From Eledone cirrhosa (Eukaryota): a DNA stretch of 64,000 bases. Shown one piece after another: positions 53,629-64,000 of the stretch. How positions within the stretch are numbered: position 1 is the stretch's first letter; the number at the start of each line of letters is the position of its first letter. Below the pieces are notes generated by a model that was given only the letters and a program-made list of their open reading frames with translations, was not told the origin of the DNA and did no database searches. The stretch lies in contig OZ024743.1 in assembly GCA_964016885.1 (NCBI GenBank), forward strand, positions 335,234,001-335,298,000. The letters run 5' to 3'. The position numbers and the translations under genes are program-made.

Positions 53629-54237
53629 ATATATACATATATATATATATACATATATAGAGGGTTTGAGTTGTTCTAGAACAACTCAGACGCTTGATAA
53701 GATTGTAATAGGACCAATAAAAAATTCATAGGTGTAACTACTGATAAACTTTTACTAAAATTTAACCAATGTAATGGAAAGGAAAACCTTAATATTAATA
53801 CTCGCAACACATGCATATTTGAACACTACATCCACCATAAACTTCATACAAACTGCCTTTCATACCCAAGCATCTCTGTCTGCTTAATATGCTGTTATAC
53901 CTGTATTGTATTATGTGATACCCTTGACCTACTGTGATATACATATATGTTTAGTACCACTGCTTGTTTCTTACCTGGTTCTTCTGTACATGCCTAACAC
54001 ATCTTCACTCATTCTATACGCTTGCATATGTATCGTTAATGTCCTCGTTTTGCGAGTAACTTATCTTCTTTAATTACTCAATAATTGTTGTATTATTCTG
54101 TTATAAACTTTGTCGCACCCACTGATACTGACCACAATATCTACACTCTTTACATATGACACTGTTAATGACAACACTAACATATTTATGATTGTTCTGT
54201 GGAATAGGAGGTTAATTATATGTCTAATCTTTACTAG

Positions 54238-54284
54238 TGCTCTGATCATTCTAATCAAAAGTTTGGAAGAAACGATTGTCAGCA
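54238..54284 (+). ncRNA. Hammerhead motif with G8C lesion (probably inactive)
   Basis: tgct-CTGATCA-ttctaa/ttggaa-GAAA-cgattg-TC-agca. Confidence 0.65.
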
Positions 54285-54484
54285 ATAAAATGTTTTCATT
54301 ATTCTGTAATATATATTCCGGCTCTGTAAAACATCTGATGTATTTACATTGAGCTACTATTCTTACTGGTAATAAGGTATTAATGAATTACTGAACTTTC
54401 CTGTTTATAATTATATTTAGTGTATATATAAGTATAAATAATATATATATATATATACATATATACATTATGTTGTTTATTACA

Positions 54485-54544
<60 letters not shown>

Positions 54545-54585
54545 TGTAATAAACAACATAAGGCAATTATTTCATTTACCAGTGG

Positions 54586-54767
54586 TTTCTTGAGAGCAAA
54601 CAAATTTTGCTTTCAATCATCAGAAAGAAAAAATCCTGGTGTATTTAATGACATTGGATTTTAAAAACAAAAATATAATCTATCTAGATAGATTATATTT
54701 TTGTTTTATAAAATCCAATATCAATAAATACACCAGGATTTTTTTCATTCTGATGATTGAAAGCAAA
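54586..54767. mobile_element. Palindrome (54606-54767) with outward-facing minimal hammerhead cores lacking stem II
   Basis: Centre ctatctagatag; both arms read CTGATGA-tt-GAAA-gcaaa; the left arm continues tttgc-TC. Confidence 0.6.
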
Positions 54768-54808
54768 TAATATATATATACATATATTAATATATATATA
54801 CATGTATA

Positions 54809-54859
<51 letters not shown>

Positions 54860-54974
54860 AGAGTATTGAAGTTTGCTTGAAGCATTGTGGAATAAGTTAA
54901 ATTTCTGTAATTCGTTTGGACGCCTCGACAATGCAGATGGGTAAATCTCCGGGTAACAAGATCCGGTGGTGGAG

Positions 54975-55221
54975 AGAGAGATGTAAGTTGGTGTACGTTA
55001 AGATGCGTGGCGTGTATAAGACGTGTAGAGGAATGAAGGAAAGAGCGTAAAGGATAGAAATAAAAATAACAACACGAGAGAGAGTTACCTTGGGAGAGAT
55101 TTAATTGGTAACTCTCTCTCGTGTTGTTATTTTTATTTTTATCCTTTACGCTCTTTCCTTCATTCCTCTACACGTCTTATACACGCCACGCATCTTAACG
55201 TACACCAACTTACATCTCTCT
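54975..55221. repeat. Near-perfect 115-bp inverted repeat with 17-bp spacer
   Basis: 54975-55089 vs 55107-55221, one mismatch seen; no ribozyme core found. Confidence 0.92.
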
Positions 55222-55529
55222 GATTTTATCTCTCTGATTGTAACCAGAGAACTGCATACGGTGGATGAAGTGTTGTATGTGTCCTCTCTAGTTCTTTGGG
55301 GTTGCACATACGGGACACGTATCTCATCATCCGTACCAAATCCGCAATCAGTATGTTGATTTGGGTATGGTCCGAAACAGCTGAGTTTCGGTGGATCAGA
55401 TATTTGGAAGTATTGGGTTTAGCATAATGGGAATGGAAGATTTGTTTTCTGTTATTAATGGTATCTAACCAGAGCTCGGTGTCTAGTACACCCAGATGTA
55501 ATGCATGCGCAAACTAAGCACACAACAAT

Positions 55530-55833
55530 GGCGTAGGACAGAACAAAGGAGAGGCACAAAAACAAAGAAAATAATCCCCACTCATCGAAGAGGCCACAGA
55601 ATGTGTGACGAAAGAACTTTCACAATATATGAACAATCGTCTGGTTGTGGAACCAACCAACTAACCGGGAATTTATAAATTCATAAATTCATAAATTTAA
55701 TTTATAATAAATTGAGGTCAAAGCAACTGGTGCGTGTGTTTCTTATTAGCAACATGACCCTCCCAAAGCATAACAATATCGGTTTCAACACATGTTTTCA
55801 GATAAAGAATCTTGCTAAACAACTTCAGAAACG

Positions 55834-55838
<5 letters not shown>
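55530..55838 (+). mobile_element. Solo copy of the PLE 3'-end family of 1921-2370 and 22990-23340
   Basis: tgtgacgaaagaacttt half-HHR and ttattagcaacatgaccctcccaaagcataacaata terminus; a fragment also at 46829-46903. Confidence 0.72.
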
Positions 55839-55865
<27 letters not shown>

Positions 55866-55870
<5 letters not shown>

Positions 55871-56057
55871 TGAGATTCTACAGGACTAGAACTGTTTCAT
55901 TCATTTGAAATCATCAGGAATCTGAGATTCCTGATGATTTCAAATGAATGAAACAGTTCTAGTCCTGTAGAATCTCATCTATATTAAAACTGTTATACTC
56001 TGCTATGTATTGAGTACCTTACTTACTGTGGTTACCTCCGATTCAACCCGGAATAAC

Positions 56058-56060
<3 letters not shown>
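55866..56060. mobile_element. Foldback element with two divergent hammerheads (55870-55923 minus, 55924-55978 plus)
   Basis: gagattc-CTGATGA-t-ttc/gaa-t-GAAA-cag..ctg-TA-gaatctc; same family as 21974-22180 in the opposite orientation, inserted in (TA)n. Confidence 0.87.
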
Positions 56061-56106
<46 letters not shown>

Positions 56107-56211
56107 GAATAATAACAGGTAGACATAAAAAGGTAATTTATTCCGAGTGCTGACAAATGTTTCAACCGTAGTTATACAGCCTAGTCATGCTATGTGCAAT
56201 TGATATTTAAT

Positions 56212-56841
56212 AATTATTTGATTGCAGAAACTCAATTTTCAAATGTTGCGACTACCATTTCCTTAGAGCAGAATGGTTAAAATGTAAATACCCTTGTATT
56301 TCTTAAAGGAAATTATACTGCAACCACAAACTGAAGCCTAAATTCTCTCACTATGAAATAACTTAACATTTGAACCCTAGACTGCAATATCGCTTTCTCG
56401 CTAACTAATTCTTCTCAATAACTACTTCCTAACTATATCCCTCACCCTCACACTACAAGCCAATACCCTGCTTATCATTATAAATGGGTACTTGAGTGCG
56501 ATTTGTAGACTACAACTACGAACTCGATGTATCCCCATCTCGTAGCCTTCGTCTGTCTCCTCTCTATCTCTCTTTCTTTCTCTCTCTCCCTTCCCCTCTC
56601 TCTCCCTCTCTCTCTATATATATATATCTCTCTCTCTCGCCCTCGGTCTACTACACTCCCTCTCCACATCTATGAACCTGTTCTCTGTGACAATAAATAA
56701 TCCCAATCTTGACCACATCAACACAATGCCTAAGGGCTGTCACCTTGAGAATAAACAGTAAAATAAAACCCCTACCCCAATATTTTGATTTAGCTATCTG
56801 TATTCTTCAAACCACTCCCTCCCACTTCTCCAACCCCTACA

Positions 56842-56935
<94 letters not shown>

Positions 56936-57078
56936 CCCTTCTTTTTCTCTTCCTTTCTACTCTATCTTCTCCAATAACTTCCTTTAAGAAATACAAGGGT
57001 ATTTACATTTTAACCATTCTGCTCTGAGGATATGGTAGTGGCAGCATTTGAAAAATGAGTTTCTGCAATCAAATAATT
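56212..57078. mobile_element. Foldback with ~100-bp arms carrying degenerate divergent hammerhead-like motifs
   Basis: 56212-56310 vs 56980-57078; right arm tgct-CTGAGGA-..-GAAA-aatgagtt-TC-tgca at 57020-57067. Confidence 0.6.
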
Positions 57079-57114
57079 GGCTCCTTAACTATTTCATTGT
57101 AAAGTTGGGCTAAC

Positions 57115-58720
57115 AGCTCATGAGAATCTGTGAAGGCATTTATCCACAAATTTTGTATTTTGTCTTTTCCTGGGGATTTCCATTTGCTGGTTTTTCTTAG
57201 AGCCAAACACAACTGTTATATTTTCCCATATTTGTTCCTCAAGGTGAGCTGTATCTTTCATTTGTCTGTCTATCCATGGGGCATGTATATTATGAACTTT
57301 TTCTTCGGCCCAGATCTTTTCCCAGAATTCTTGCACTTCCTCCTTGGGTGGTATTGATTTAGCAGTTATTGTTGACTTACCAATTTTTCTGTAGAAGTTT
57401 CTTTGGTTGTTTTTGAACATATTATTGTCCTTATAGAATCTAGATCGTTTTTCAAAGCGCCTTATACGAGCAGCTTTGGCCGACACTTTTTGCTTGATTA
57501 TTTCTATCAGCATGTCTATGTCACTTGTTGATTTTATACTGTACTTTTTTTTTAATTTTCTAAGTTTAGTTTGTTTTACATGTTCACCTACTTTATAGTT
57601 TGTTAAAATTTCTGTCAGATCGGAGAAGGTTTATTTGGCGATTGATGTTCTCTTGCCAAGTAGATTTCTTGTAGGAAATCCTTTGTTTTTTCATCTTTAC
57701 TCCACGTAAGTGAGTGGTGACTTTAGCCGATGCATAATAGAGTTGATTTAAATCAGTAATGTTTAGTTTGTTTGTGATGATAATGTTTTTGAGAATTATG
57801 TTAGTCTTGTGTATTATCTTTTGGTTCTGTTTGGAGTTCTGGATCTTAGGGAGGGTGTCTCATTACTCCATGTCAGATTCTTTCATTTTCATCCATTCGA
57901 TCATAATTTCATCCTTCAAGTTGGCAAGTTCATTCTCATTCATTTCTTTATCATTTACGATCTCATTATTTTCATTTGGTGTTTCATCTTGAGCATGCAC
58001 TCCCTCCACTTTTTCGATCCTTTCTTTAATTTGTTCTGTTGCCAGTGATTCCGCCCCAACCCTGGGATTCGAAGTGTTACAATTTACCTTGTTTTCACTG
58101 ACACATGTTTCATTTTCCCTTCGCTGACTTTGTGCTAATAGCTTGATCTGATCAATTTTTATATCAGTTAGTAACTTTTTTCTTATAATATTTCTTCGTA
58201 TATTGGCTACTTTGTTACTGTCAATATAGCCTCGGGATGTTTCTTTTTCCAGTTGACATATGTCTGTTCTGTATTCGATGTATTTGATGGGTAGTACACG
58301 GCAGTGTAGAAAGCCTCAAGGACTTCTTTATTATCTTCCCTTGACCATTTTTCTCTCTTTTTCTTTGGATTTCTTGGTGGTGAGCATGGAGGGCCAACAG
58401 TAGGAGTATTCCGGTTATGGGAGGTCTCCAGCTCCGAAGTGATGGGAAGGTTTGAACCATTAGCTGATTTTTCGACCCCAGTCTGATTCCTCTCTGAGGG
58501 ACGCGGCCCTTTTTTACCCGGGTGACGGCCGATCCGGTATGAGATTTTATCATTAGACATTTACTTTATTTTGTCGCGTTTTATCCTTATCCGCCAAGGG
58601 GTAATCATTTCGTGTTACCACTTCTAGAACGAGTGTCAACCAAGACTAGAGGGGTCGTTCTCCCCTAGAAACACGGCTATTCCCCGCCGGTCGCCATCCC
58701 GGTATTTCTTGGTCACGGGG
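57115..58720 (-). mobile_element. R4/Dong-like retrotransposon 5' portion (3'-truncated)
   Basis: REKWSREDNKEVLEAFY N-terminal motif and KQKVSAKAARIRRF..NNMFKNNQRNFY..VQEFWEKIW pre-RT region. Confidence 0.75.
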
Positions 58721-59947
58721 TTTTCTTTTTGTTGTTTTTTTTAAATTGTTATTATCATGAGTGGTTCCTTAATGTGAGCATTGCGTGGCTTAAGAATGAA
58801 ATTATTAATAATTGTCTCCACTCCAGGCACAAGGCCAGCAATCACCCAGTGCATTACAATAATATAATATACTTTTTGCTGAAGTTGCCTGTTATTGTTG
58901 TTGGCTATGTCGGGGGTGGTGCTGGGGCTTTTTATATTGTTGGTGAGGAAGGGGTGAGCCAGCAGTGCCATAGTTGTTGATGTTGACGTTTGGCCGGTGG
59001 CCAGATCACTAAGTCAATCTATTTATATATTTTGCTAGCCTCTCCCTTGTCTAGTGATACCGCCACCTTCCCCTTTCTCTCTCAAGTTAACAGGGGAATA
59101 GTGGTGGTAGCAATGAAGGAGTGGTGGCGGCGGTGATGGGATAGTGGTAGCAATGATGGATGAAGTGGTGGCGGCGGTGGCGTTGGCGTTACTGAGTTTT
59201 GTGATATGTAGTAGCTATGTGTTTGTGTCGCGTATGTTTAATATATATTGTGTTGACATATTCCCGTAAAATTGGAATTAAACATTTTGTTAAAACTTGA
59301 GACAATAATAATAGTAATCATTATTATGATGCTGGGATTGGTGGTGGTGGTGGTGAAATTGCCGTTATCTGGCTGTTATATTTAATGTGATGGGGTAGGT
59401 GGTGTATCAAGTTTCTGGTGTTGGTGAAATTGCTGTTATTTGGCTGTTCTATATAGTGTAGACAGAGGGTGTTTCCTTCCATTTATAACCACTTTCTTTT
59501 TTGAATACAAAATATATAATACAAAATTGAATATTTGAGCGATATAACAATATAATATGGATCCGAAATTTTATGGGACTTGATTCGGTGGTTTATGCAA
59601 CATTTGTACTAAGAATTGTTATTTCACAATTGATTTAAATATGTTAAAAATCAAAAACTTATGGGAGCGATTTCATGACCTTCTACCACCTCGTGCGTCT
59701 TCTTCCCTTCCTTATTATTATTATTATTATTGAATGCCATGGTTGACGGAGGCTCGGCTCTGTAAGGTATAGTAATTTTTAACCGTTAAAACAATTGTAA
59801 ATTGTTTAAAACTTGAACCAAATTGTTGATAAAGACACCCTCCTCCTCGTGAGAGGGGTCTTTCTGTCCGTTATTTGGCCCTTCGGGGTTAAATAACCAG
59901 TTATTGGGGTTTTGTACCCAAAATTTCATTTTAAACAAAAAAACAAC

Positions 59948-62900
59948 ATGGCTACGAAAAAGAAATTTCATACGTCACTCCCACTCATTCCGTCTTCTTC
60001 TTCCTCAATCATCACTACAGCAGAGAGAAGATTGTCTCTCTCCCTCCCTTCTCTTTCGCAAGTGACGAAAGAAAAGAAAAGTCTCGTGCAAAGCGTGCAA
60101 GGTTTCTCCACGACGACGACGACAGCGACGAAACAGGTGTGCGGGAAATACGAAAACCCAGTTCATTCGTCTGACGTCAGGAATAATAGCAGTAGCAGCC
60201 GTAATAACAACAGCAACAGTGACAATGAAAACAACAGTAGCAGCCGCAACAGCATCACCAGCAGCATAAACAACAACAGCATTAGCAGCAGCAACACCAA
60301 CAACAACCACAGCAACAGCGGCGGAGGCAGTAGTCGTAGTACCTGCAGCAACAACAAAAGTACCAGCAGCTCTGACGACAACAACAACAGCAGAGAAAAA
60401 CCAATCCCATTTGCAGGTATTGCGAAAAACTTGGAAACAATCCTCATAACAAATGAGGAATTAGAGGAAGCGAAGAAGATGGTGACAAAGAACGGACACC
60501 GAGCAATCTGCAAGGCAGCGGAAACATTTTTCGAAACCCAAGAGCACTGTACGGTCACGTACCGTACAGTAAGTACAAAATCCCGTAGGGTGGAAAGAGC
60601 CACAGAGGCCCAAATACAAAAAGCCTTGGGGTCTGTGTGGCAGCGGAAAACGCACATCACCCGAGGCAAAAAATATGCCACCGTAGACGTACTTTTTGCC
60701 ACACCCCAGGAGGCAAAGGCCCAATCAGTAGTGACCCTAAGGAGCGAGGAAATGGTGTTGGTGCCCTCCTACTGCGGGCAAAAAATTATGAGGGTCAAAC
60801 TGACCCACGTCCCCCCCGGAATGACCCCTTCTTGGCTGGCCGCGTCTGTCCTCGTCGGAATCGAGGACAAAACAACTGTACTGCAAGTACAGAAAAAAGT
60901 AAGAGAAGATTGGGTCGGCTCCTCCATTGAGATGCTAATCCAAACCAACCAGGAGTGCATCGAAGCTATCCCGGATGTGATAGACTTCGATAACGGCACT
61001 CAACTGCCCATAAGTGTTGAGGGCAAACGCCCGAAATGCTTTCGCTGTGGATCGAAGACTCACCTCAGGGCCTTCTGCAACGAGAAGACCCTGAGAAAGG
61101 AGAAAACCCCCCTCCTTCCGAATCCGGCTCCACGGCTACCAGCTACAGGACAAGCGGCAACCAGGAACGATAGGTCCGTGGCACCCATACCCACTCCACG
61201 GAAATCAAAAGCAGCAGCAGCAGTGGAAATATTAACAACAATAACAGCAATACCAAATGCAGCTGCAACAGAGACTCCAGTGCAAACATCACCAACAACA
61301 ACAAGTGAAAGAGTGGAGCTGGTACCCCTCCCCGACCTCACAGAATCAGACATGGAGTGTGGGGTGGGAGAGGGATGGCAAAAGGTCGTCAGAAGGCACA
61401 AACGCAGAAGCAGCGCATCGTCGCTTTGTAGGGAAATAGATAGGTCTAGCATAGGCTGTCCACAATTCAAGATAGTCAGCTACACGGACCACAAATTCGT
61501 GACCTGTGTGCTTGACTTAGATAGGCTTCATAGACGAGGACCCGGCTACTGGAAGCTAAACGCGTCCTTACCAGCGCGCAAGGCCTACAGAGACCGGATT
61601 AGCGAACTAGTTAAGCGGGCGTTGACGGGGGCCATCGTCAACAACAAGTGGTGGTTTGCTCTGAAAAGAGCGATTAGAATAGAATCGATTAGGTTTAGTA
61701 AGGCTTTAGCAATAGAGAAAAATAGAGCAGAGGGAGAACTAGTTAGAAAATTAGACGAGGCGCTTAGCAAAGGCATTGCGACCAACGTGCTTGCGGCGAA
61801 ATTGGCCCTTGACCAATTCTTCAATGCAAAGCACGAAGGCTGCGTTGTCAGAGCTAGGGTGCGTGCTCTCAGACACGAGGGGACGAAAGCCGTTCAATGG
61901 GCCCGAGTGGCGGAGGCGCGTCGTGGCAACAAAGCCACGATCCGGTCTTTGGTGGACCACGACGGGCGCATGCTACTCGATCCCGGGCAAATGTGTGAAG
62001 CTTTTCAGCGACACTTCGCTCAGCTGTTCGGGGGCAGCAGTGGGCCGGGTAGAGGGATGGACTTTAGTGTCTACCTCGACGGACTGCCGCGGCTCTCGGC
62101 CACTGAGGCGAAGTGTTGCGAAAAGCCGATAACAGCCGCTGAAGTAAGGGAGGCAATGACTGGCTGCACAAGGGGTAAATCGCCTGGTTTGGATGGTCTG
62201 CCCTATGAACTTTACGTACAGATGCCAGACTTGTTCGGAGGCCTCTTGGCGGACGTCTACTGCAACTGGCAACAGAACGGGAGAATTCCCAGTTCTGTGA
62301 GCCGAGGAGCGGTGGCACTGCTGAGAAAGGATCCGAACAAGGGGGATAACATAGACAACTTCCGGCCCATAACTCTGCTAAACACAGAGTTCAAGATTTT
62401 GGCCAAGGTGCTAGCAAAGAGGTTGGCGCTTGTCGTTGGTGGTCTGGTGGGAGAGGCGCAGACATGCGCCATTCCCGACAGATCCATCCACGACAACCTC
62501 CACCTCATGCGATACATCATAGAGAGGGTAGTTAAGGAACCTGGCACGGGTGGGTCCTTGATCAATTTAGATCAGTCGAAAGCTTTCGATAGGGTCGACC
62601 ATCGTTACCTAGCGGCCGTCCTGAGGGCGGCTGGCTTTGGGCCCGTCTTCAGAGGCTGGATCGCTGCCATGCACAGCGACATCTGCTCTGTGGTGAGAGT
62701 GAACGGTCACCTGTCGGAACCGTTCAACATCATGCGCTCGGTCCGCCAAGGATGTCCCCTCTCGTCCTTCTTGTACGTATTGACTCTCGAGCCATTACTG
62801 CACAAACTGGAGACGTTGAGGGGAGTCCCGCGCGAACTAGGATGCGGAAGATCCGTGTCAGCATATGCGGACGATGTCACCGTAGTGGTGTCGAACGCCA

Positions 62901-64000
62901 AACACATCGAGGCGATCGGCACTACACTAAGAGAATACGAAGCGGTGACAGGAGCAATGATCAACCAGGAAAAGTCAGTGGGCCTGCAGCTCGGCACCTG
63001 GAGAGGCAGGTCCATGCCGTCCAACAGCGTCGTCGGGCGCTGGACGGATGGACCGGTTAAATTGCTAGGGGTCTGGTTCGGTCCGGACCTCCAGACGGAC
63101 AAAAACTGGGACGAGGTGACGAGCAGGGTGGCTTCTCTCACCCAGAAATGGGCGGAGAGGAAGCTATCCCTGAAAGGTCGAGTGGAGGTGGCTAACGCGT
63201 ATCTCGCGTCTGTCATCTGCTACCGTCTGACCGTCGTACCTTGTCCTAAGCCTCGCTTGACTGCGCTGGAGCGTTTGCTCTTTCGCTTTTTGTGGAAGGG
63301 ACGTGCTCCGATGGTCAGGCAGTCCATCTGTTGTCAACACCCGCTACGTGGAGGGCTGGGCATGCCGTGGCTGATGATGCGCAGGCACGCGCTCAGGCTA
63401 CGACATCTCCACCTCTTCCTCGACGGTGATCATGTGTGTTCGCCGTTTGCTAGGCGCGTATTTCCCCAGCTCGTTTCCTTGACGGAGCTGCAGTCCTGGG
63501 TCAAGCGAAGACCGAGAGGGAGCGCCTGGAGACTGGAATGTCTTCAGGCGCTCACAGCCCTCGACCAATCGGGTAATGTGATCGGTGGAAACTCCACCTC
63601 GGCGTTCTATAGGGGATTAGTGGAGGGTAAGAGCGACGACGTACTTGGGGAAACTCTAGGCGTCGACGAAAATCAACTAGCCAATCTCTTCGGAAGAACT
63701 TTCGGGCCGGGGCCTATGGACAACTTCCAGAAATCTCTGGCCTGGCAGTGCTACCGAGGAGCCTTGCCAGTTCGGGATAAACTCTACAGGCATGGAGGTG
63801 CCGTCAGCCGGGCATGTCCGATATGCGCGCAGGGCGACGAAACCGTCCTGCACGCACTCGTCCAGTGTCCGAAAATTGCTGACTTGTGGGTTTATGTCGA
63901 ACACCTGCTGTCGCGTTTAGGACGGATCCGGCTATCATCTGAGTCCATCGTGAGGATTGCCCCGCCCTCCTCCTTTAGCCGGGAAGGGCAGGCAGTTTTT
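59948..64000 (+). CDS. Tx1-clade LINE ORF1-ORF2 in-frame fusion: Gag-like + CCHC + truncated APE + RT + C-terminal zinc finger; open at window end
   Basis: Manual translation from aacATGG at 59948 (upstream TAA at 59894) shows no stop in 1351 codons. Motifs: CFRCGSKTHLRAFC; SYTDH..GYWKLN; KSPGLDGLP, NFRPITLLN, LDQSKAFD, VRQGCPLS, AYADD; CPIC..ETVLHALVQC. Confidence 0.9.
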   Translation, partial: MATKKKFHTSLPLIPSSSSSIITTAERRLSLSLPSLSQVTKEKKSLVQSVQGFSTTTTTATKQVCGKYENPVHSSDVRNNSSSSRNNNSNSDNENNSSSRNSITSSINNNSISSSNTNNNHSNSGGGSSRSTCSNNKSTSSSDDNNNSREKPIPFAGIAKNLETILITNEELEEAKKMVTKNGHRAICKAAETFFETQEHCTVTYRTVSTKSRRVERATEAQIQKALGSVWQRKTHITRGKKYATVDVLFATPQEAKAQSVVTLRSEEMVLVPSYCGQKIMRVKLTHVPPGMTPSWLAASVLVGIEDKTTVLQVQKKVREDWVGSSIEMLIQTNQECIEAIPDVIDFDNGTQLPISVEGKRPKCFRCGSKTHLRAFCNEKTLRKEKTPLLPNPAPRLPATGQAATRNDRSVAPIPTPRKSKAAAAVEILTTITAIPNAAATETPVQTSPTTTSERVELVPLPDLTESDMECGVGEGWQKVVRRHKRRSSASSLCREIDRSSIGCPQFKIVSYTDHKFVTCVLDLDRLHRRGPGYWKLNASLPARKAYRDRISELVKRALTGAIVNNKWWFALKRAIRIESIRFSKALAIEKNRAEGELVRKLDEALSKGIATNVLAAKLALDQFFNAKHEGCVVRARVRALRHEGTKAVQWARVAEARRGNKATIRSLVDHDGRMLLDPGQMCEAFQRHFAQLFGGSSGPGRGMDFSVYLDGLPRLSATEAKCCEKPITAAEVREAMTGCTRGKSPGLDGLPYELYVQMPDLFGGLLADVYCNWQQNGRIPSSVSRGAVALLRKDPNKGDNIDNFRPITLLNTEFKILAKVLAKRLALVVGGLVGEAQTCAIPDRSIHDNLHLMRYIIERVVKEPGTGGSLINLDQSKAFDRVDHRYLAAVLRAAGFGPVFRGWIAAMHSDICSVVRVNGHLSEPFNIMRSVRQGCPLSSFLYVLTLEPLLHKLETLRGVPRELGCGRSVSAYADDVTVVVSNAKHIEAIGTTLREYEAVTGAMINQEKSVGLQLGTWRGRSMPSNSVVGRWTDGPVKLLGVWFGPDLQTDKNWDEVTSRVASLTQKWAERKLSLKGRVEVANAYLASVICYRLTVVPCPKPRLTALERLLFRFLWKGRAPMVRQSICCQHPLRGGLGMPWLMMRRHALRLRHLHLFLDGDHVCSPFARRVFPQLVSLTELQSWVKRRPRGSAWRLECLQALTALDQSGNVIGGNSTSAFYRGLVEGKSDDVLGETLGVDENQLANLFGRTFGPGPMDNFQKSLAWQCYRGALPVRDKLYRHGGAVSRACPICAQGDETVLHALVQCPKIADLWVYVEHLLSRLGRIRLSSESIVRIAPPSSFSREGQAVF

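Noticed and set aside
56145-56192. Minus-strand ATGACTA-ggctgta/tacggtt-GAAA-catttg-TC
   Set aside because: Two core mismatches and no convincing stem I.
59830-59898. HDV-like fold upstream of the Tx1-like ORF (tcctcgt loop, UUCG hairpin)
   Set aside because: Two hairpins are present, but P1/P3 pairings do not fit.

Overview
This is AT-rich eukaryotic DNA made almost entirely of repeats. It is most likely from an octopod cephalopod, judging by the Nin-domain tRNA-derived SINEs and the abundant (TA)n/(CA)n tracts. I cannot support any host gene. The window holds nested, mostly decayed retroelements: CRE-like, R4/Dong-like, CR1/L2-like, RTE, Tx1-like and at least three Penelope-like elements (PLEs). 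It also holds two Helitrons, small DNA-transposon relics and many SINEs. The most striking feature is a very high density of type I hammerhead ribozyme (HHR) motifs. I read about 17 well-formed and about 11 degenerate motifs by eye, from at least 12 different sequence families. They sit in PLE 3' ends, in non-coding 440-590 bp direct repeats (retrozyme/pLTR-like), and in non-coding foldback elements whose two HHRs point away from each other; in several of these the inversion point lies in or next to the ribozyme. Three unrelated families carry a compensatory U3-A8 core (UUGANAA). An uninterrupted ORF of at least 1351 codons (59948 to the window end) is missing from the supplied ORF track. It fuses Tx1-like ORF1 in frame to an endonuclease-deleted but otherwise intact reverse transcriptase. 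All structures were folded by eye and no database searches were run.
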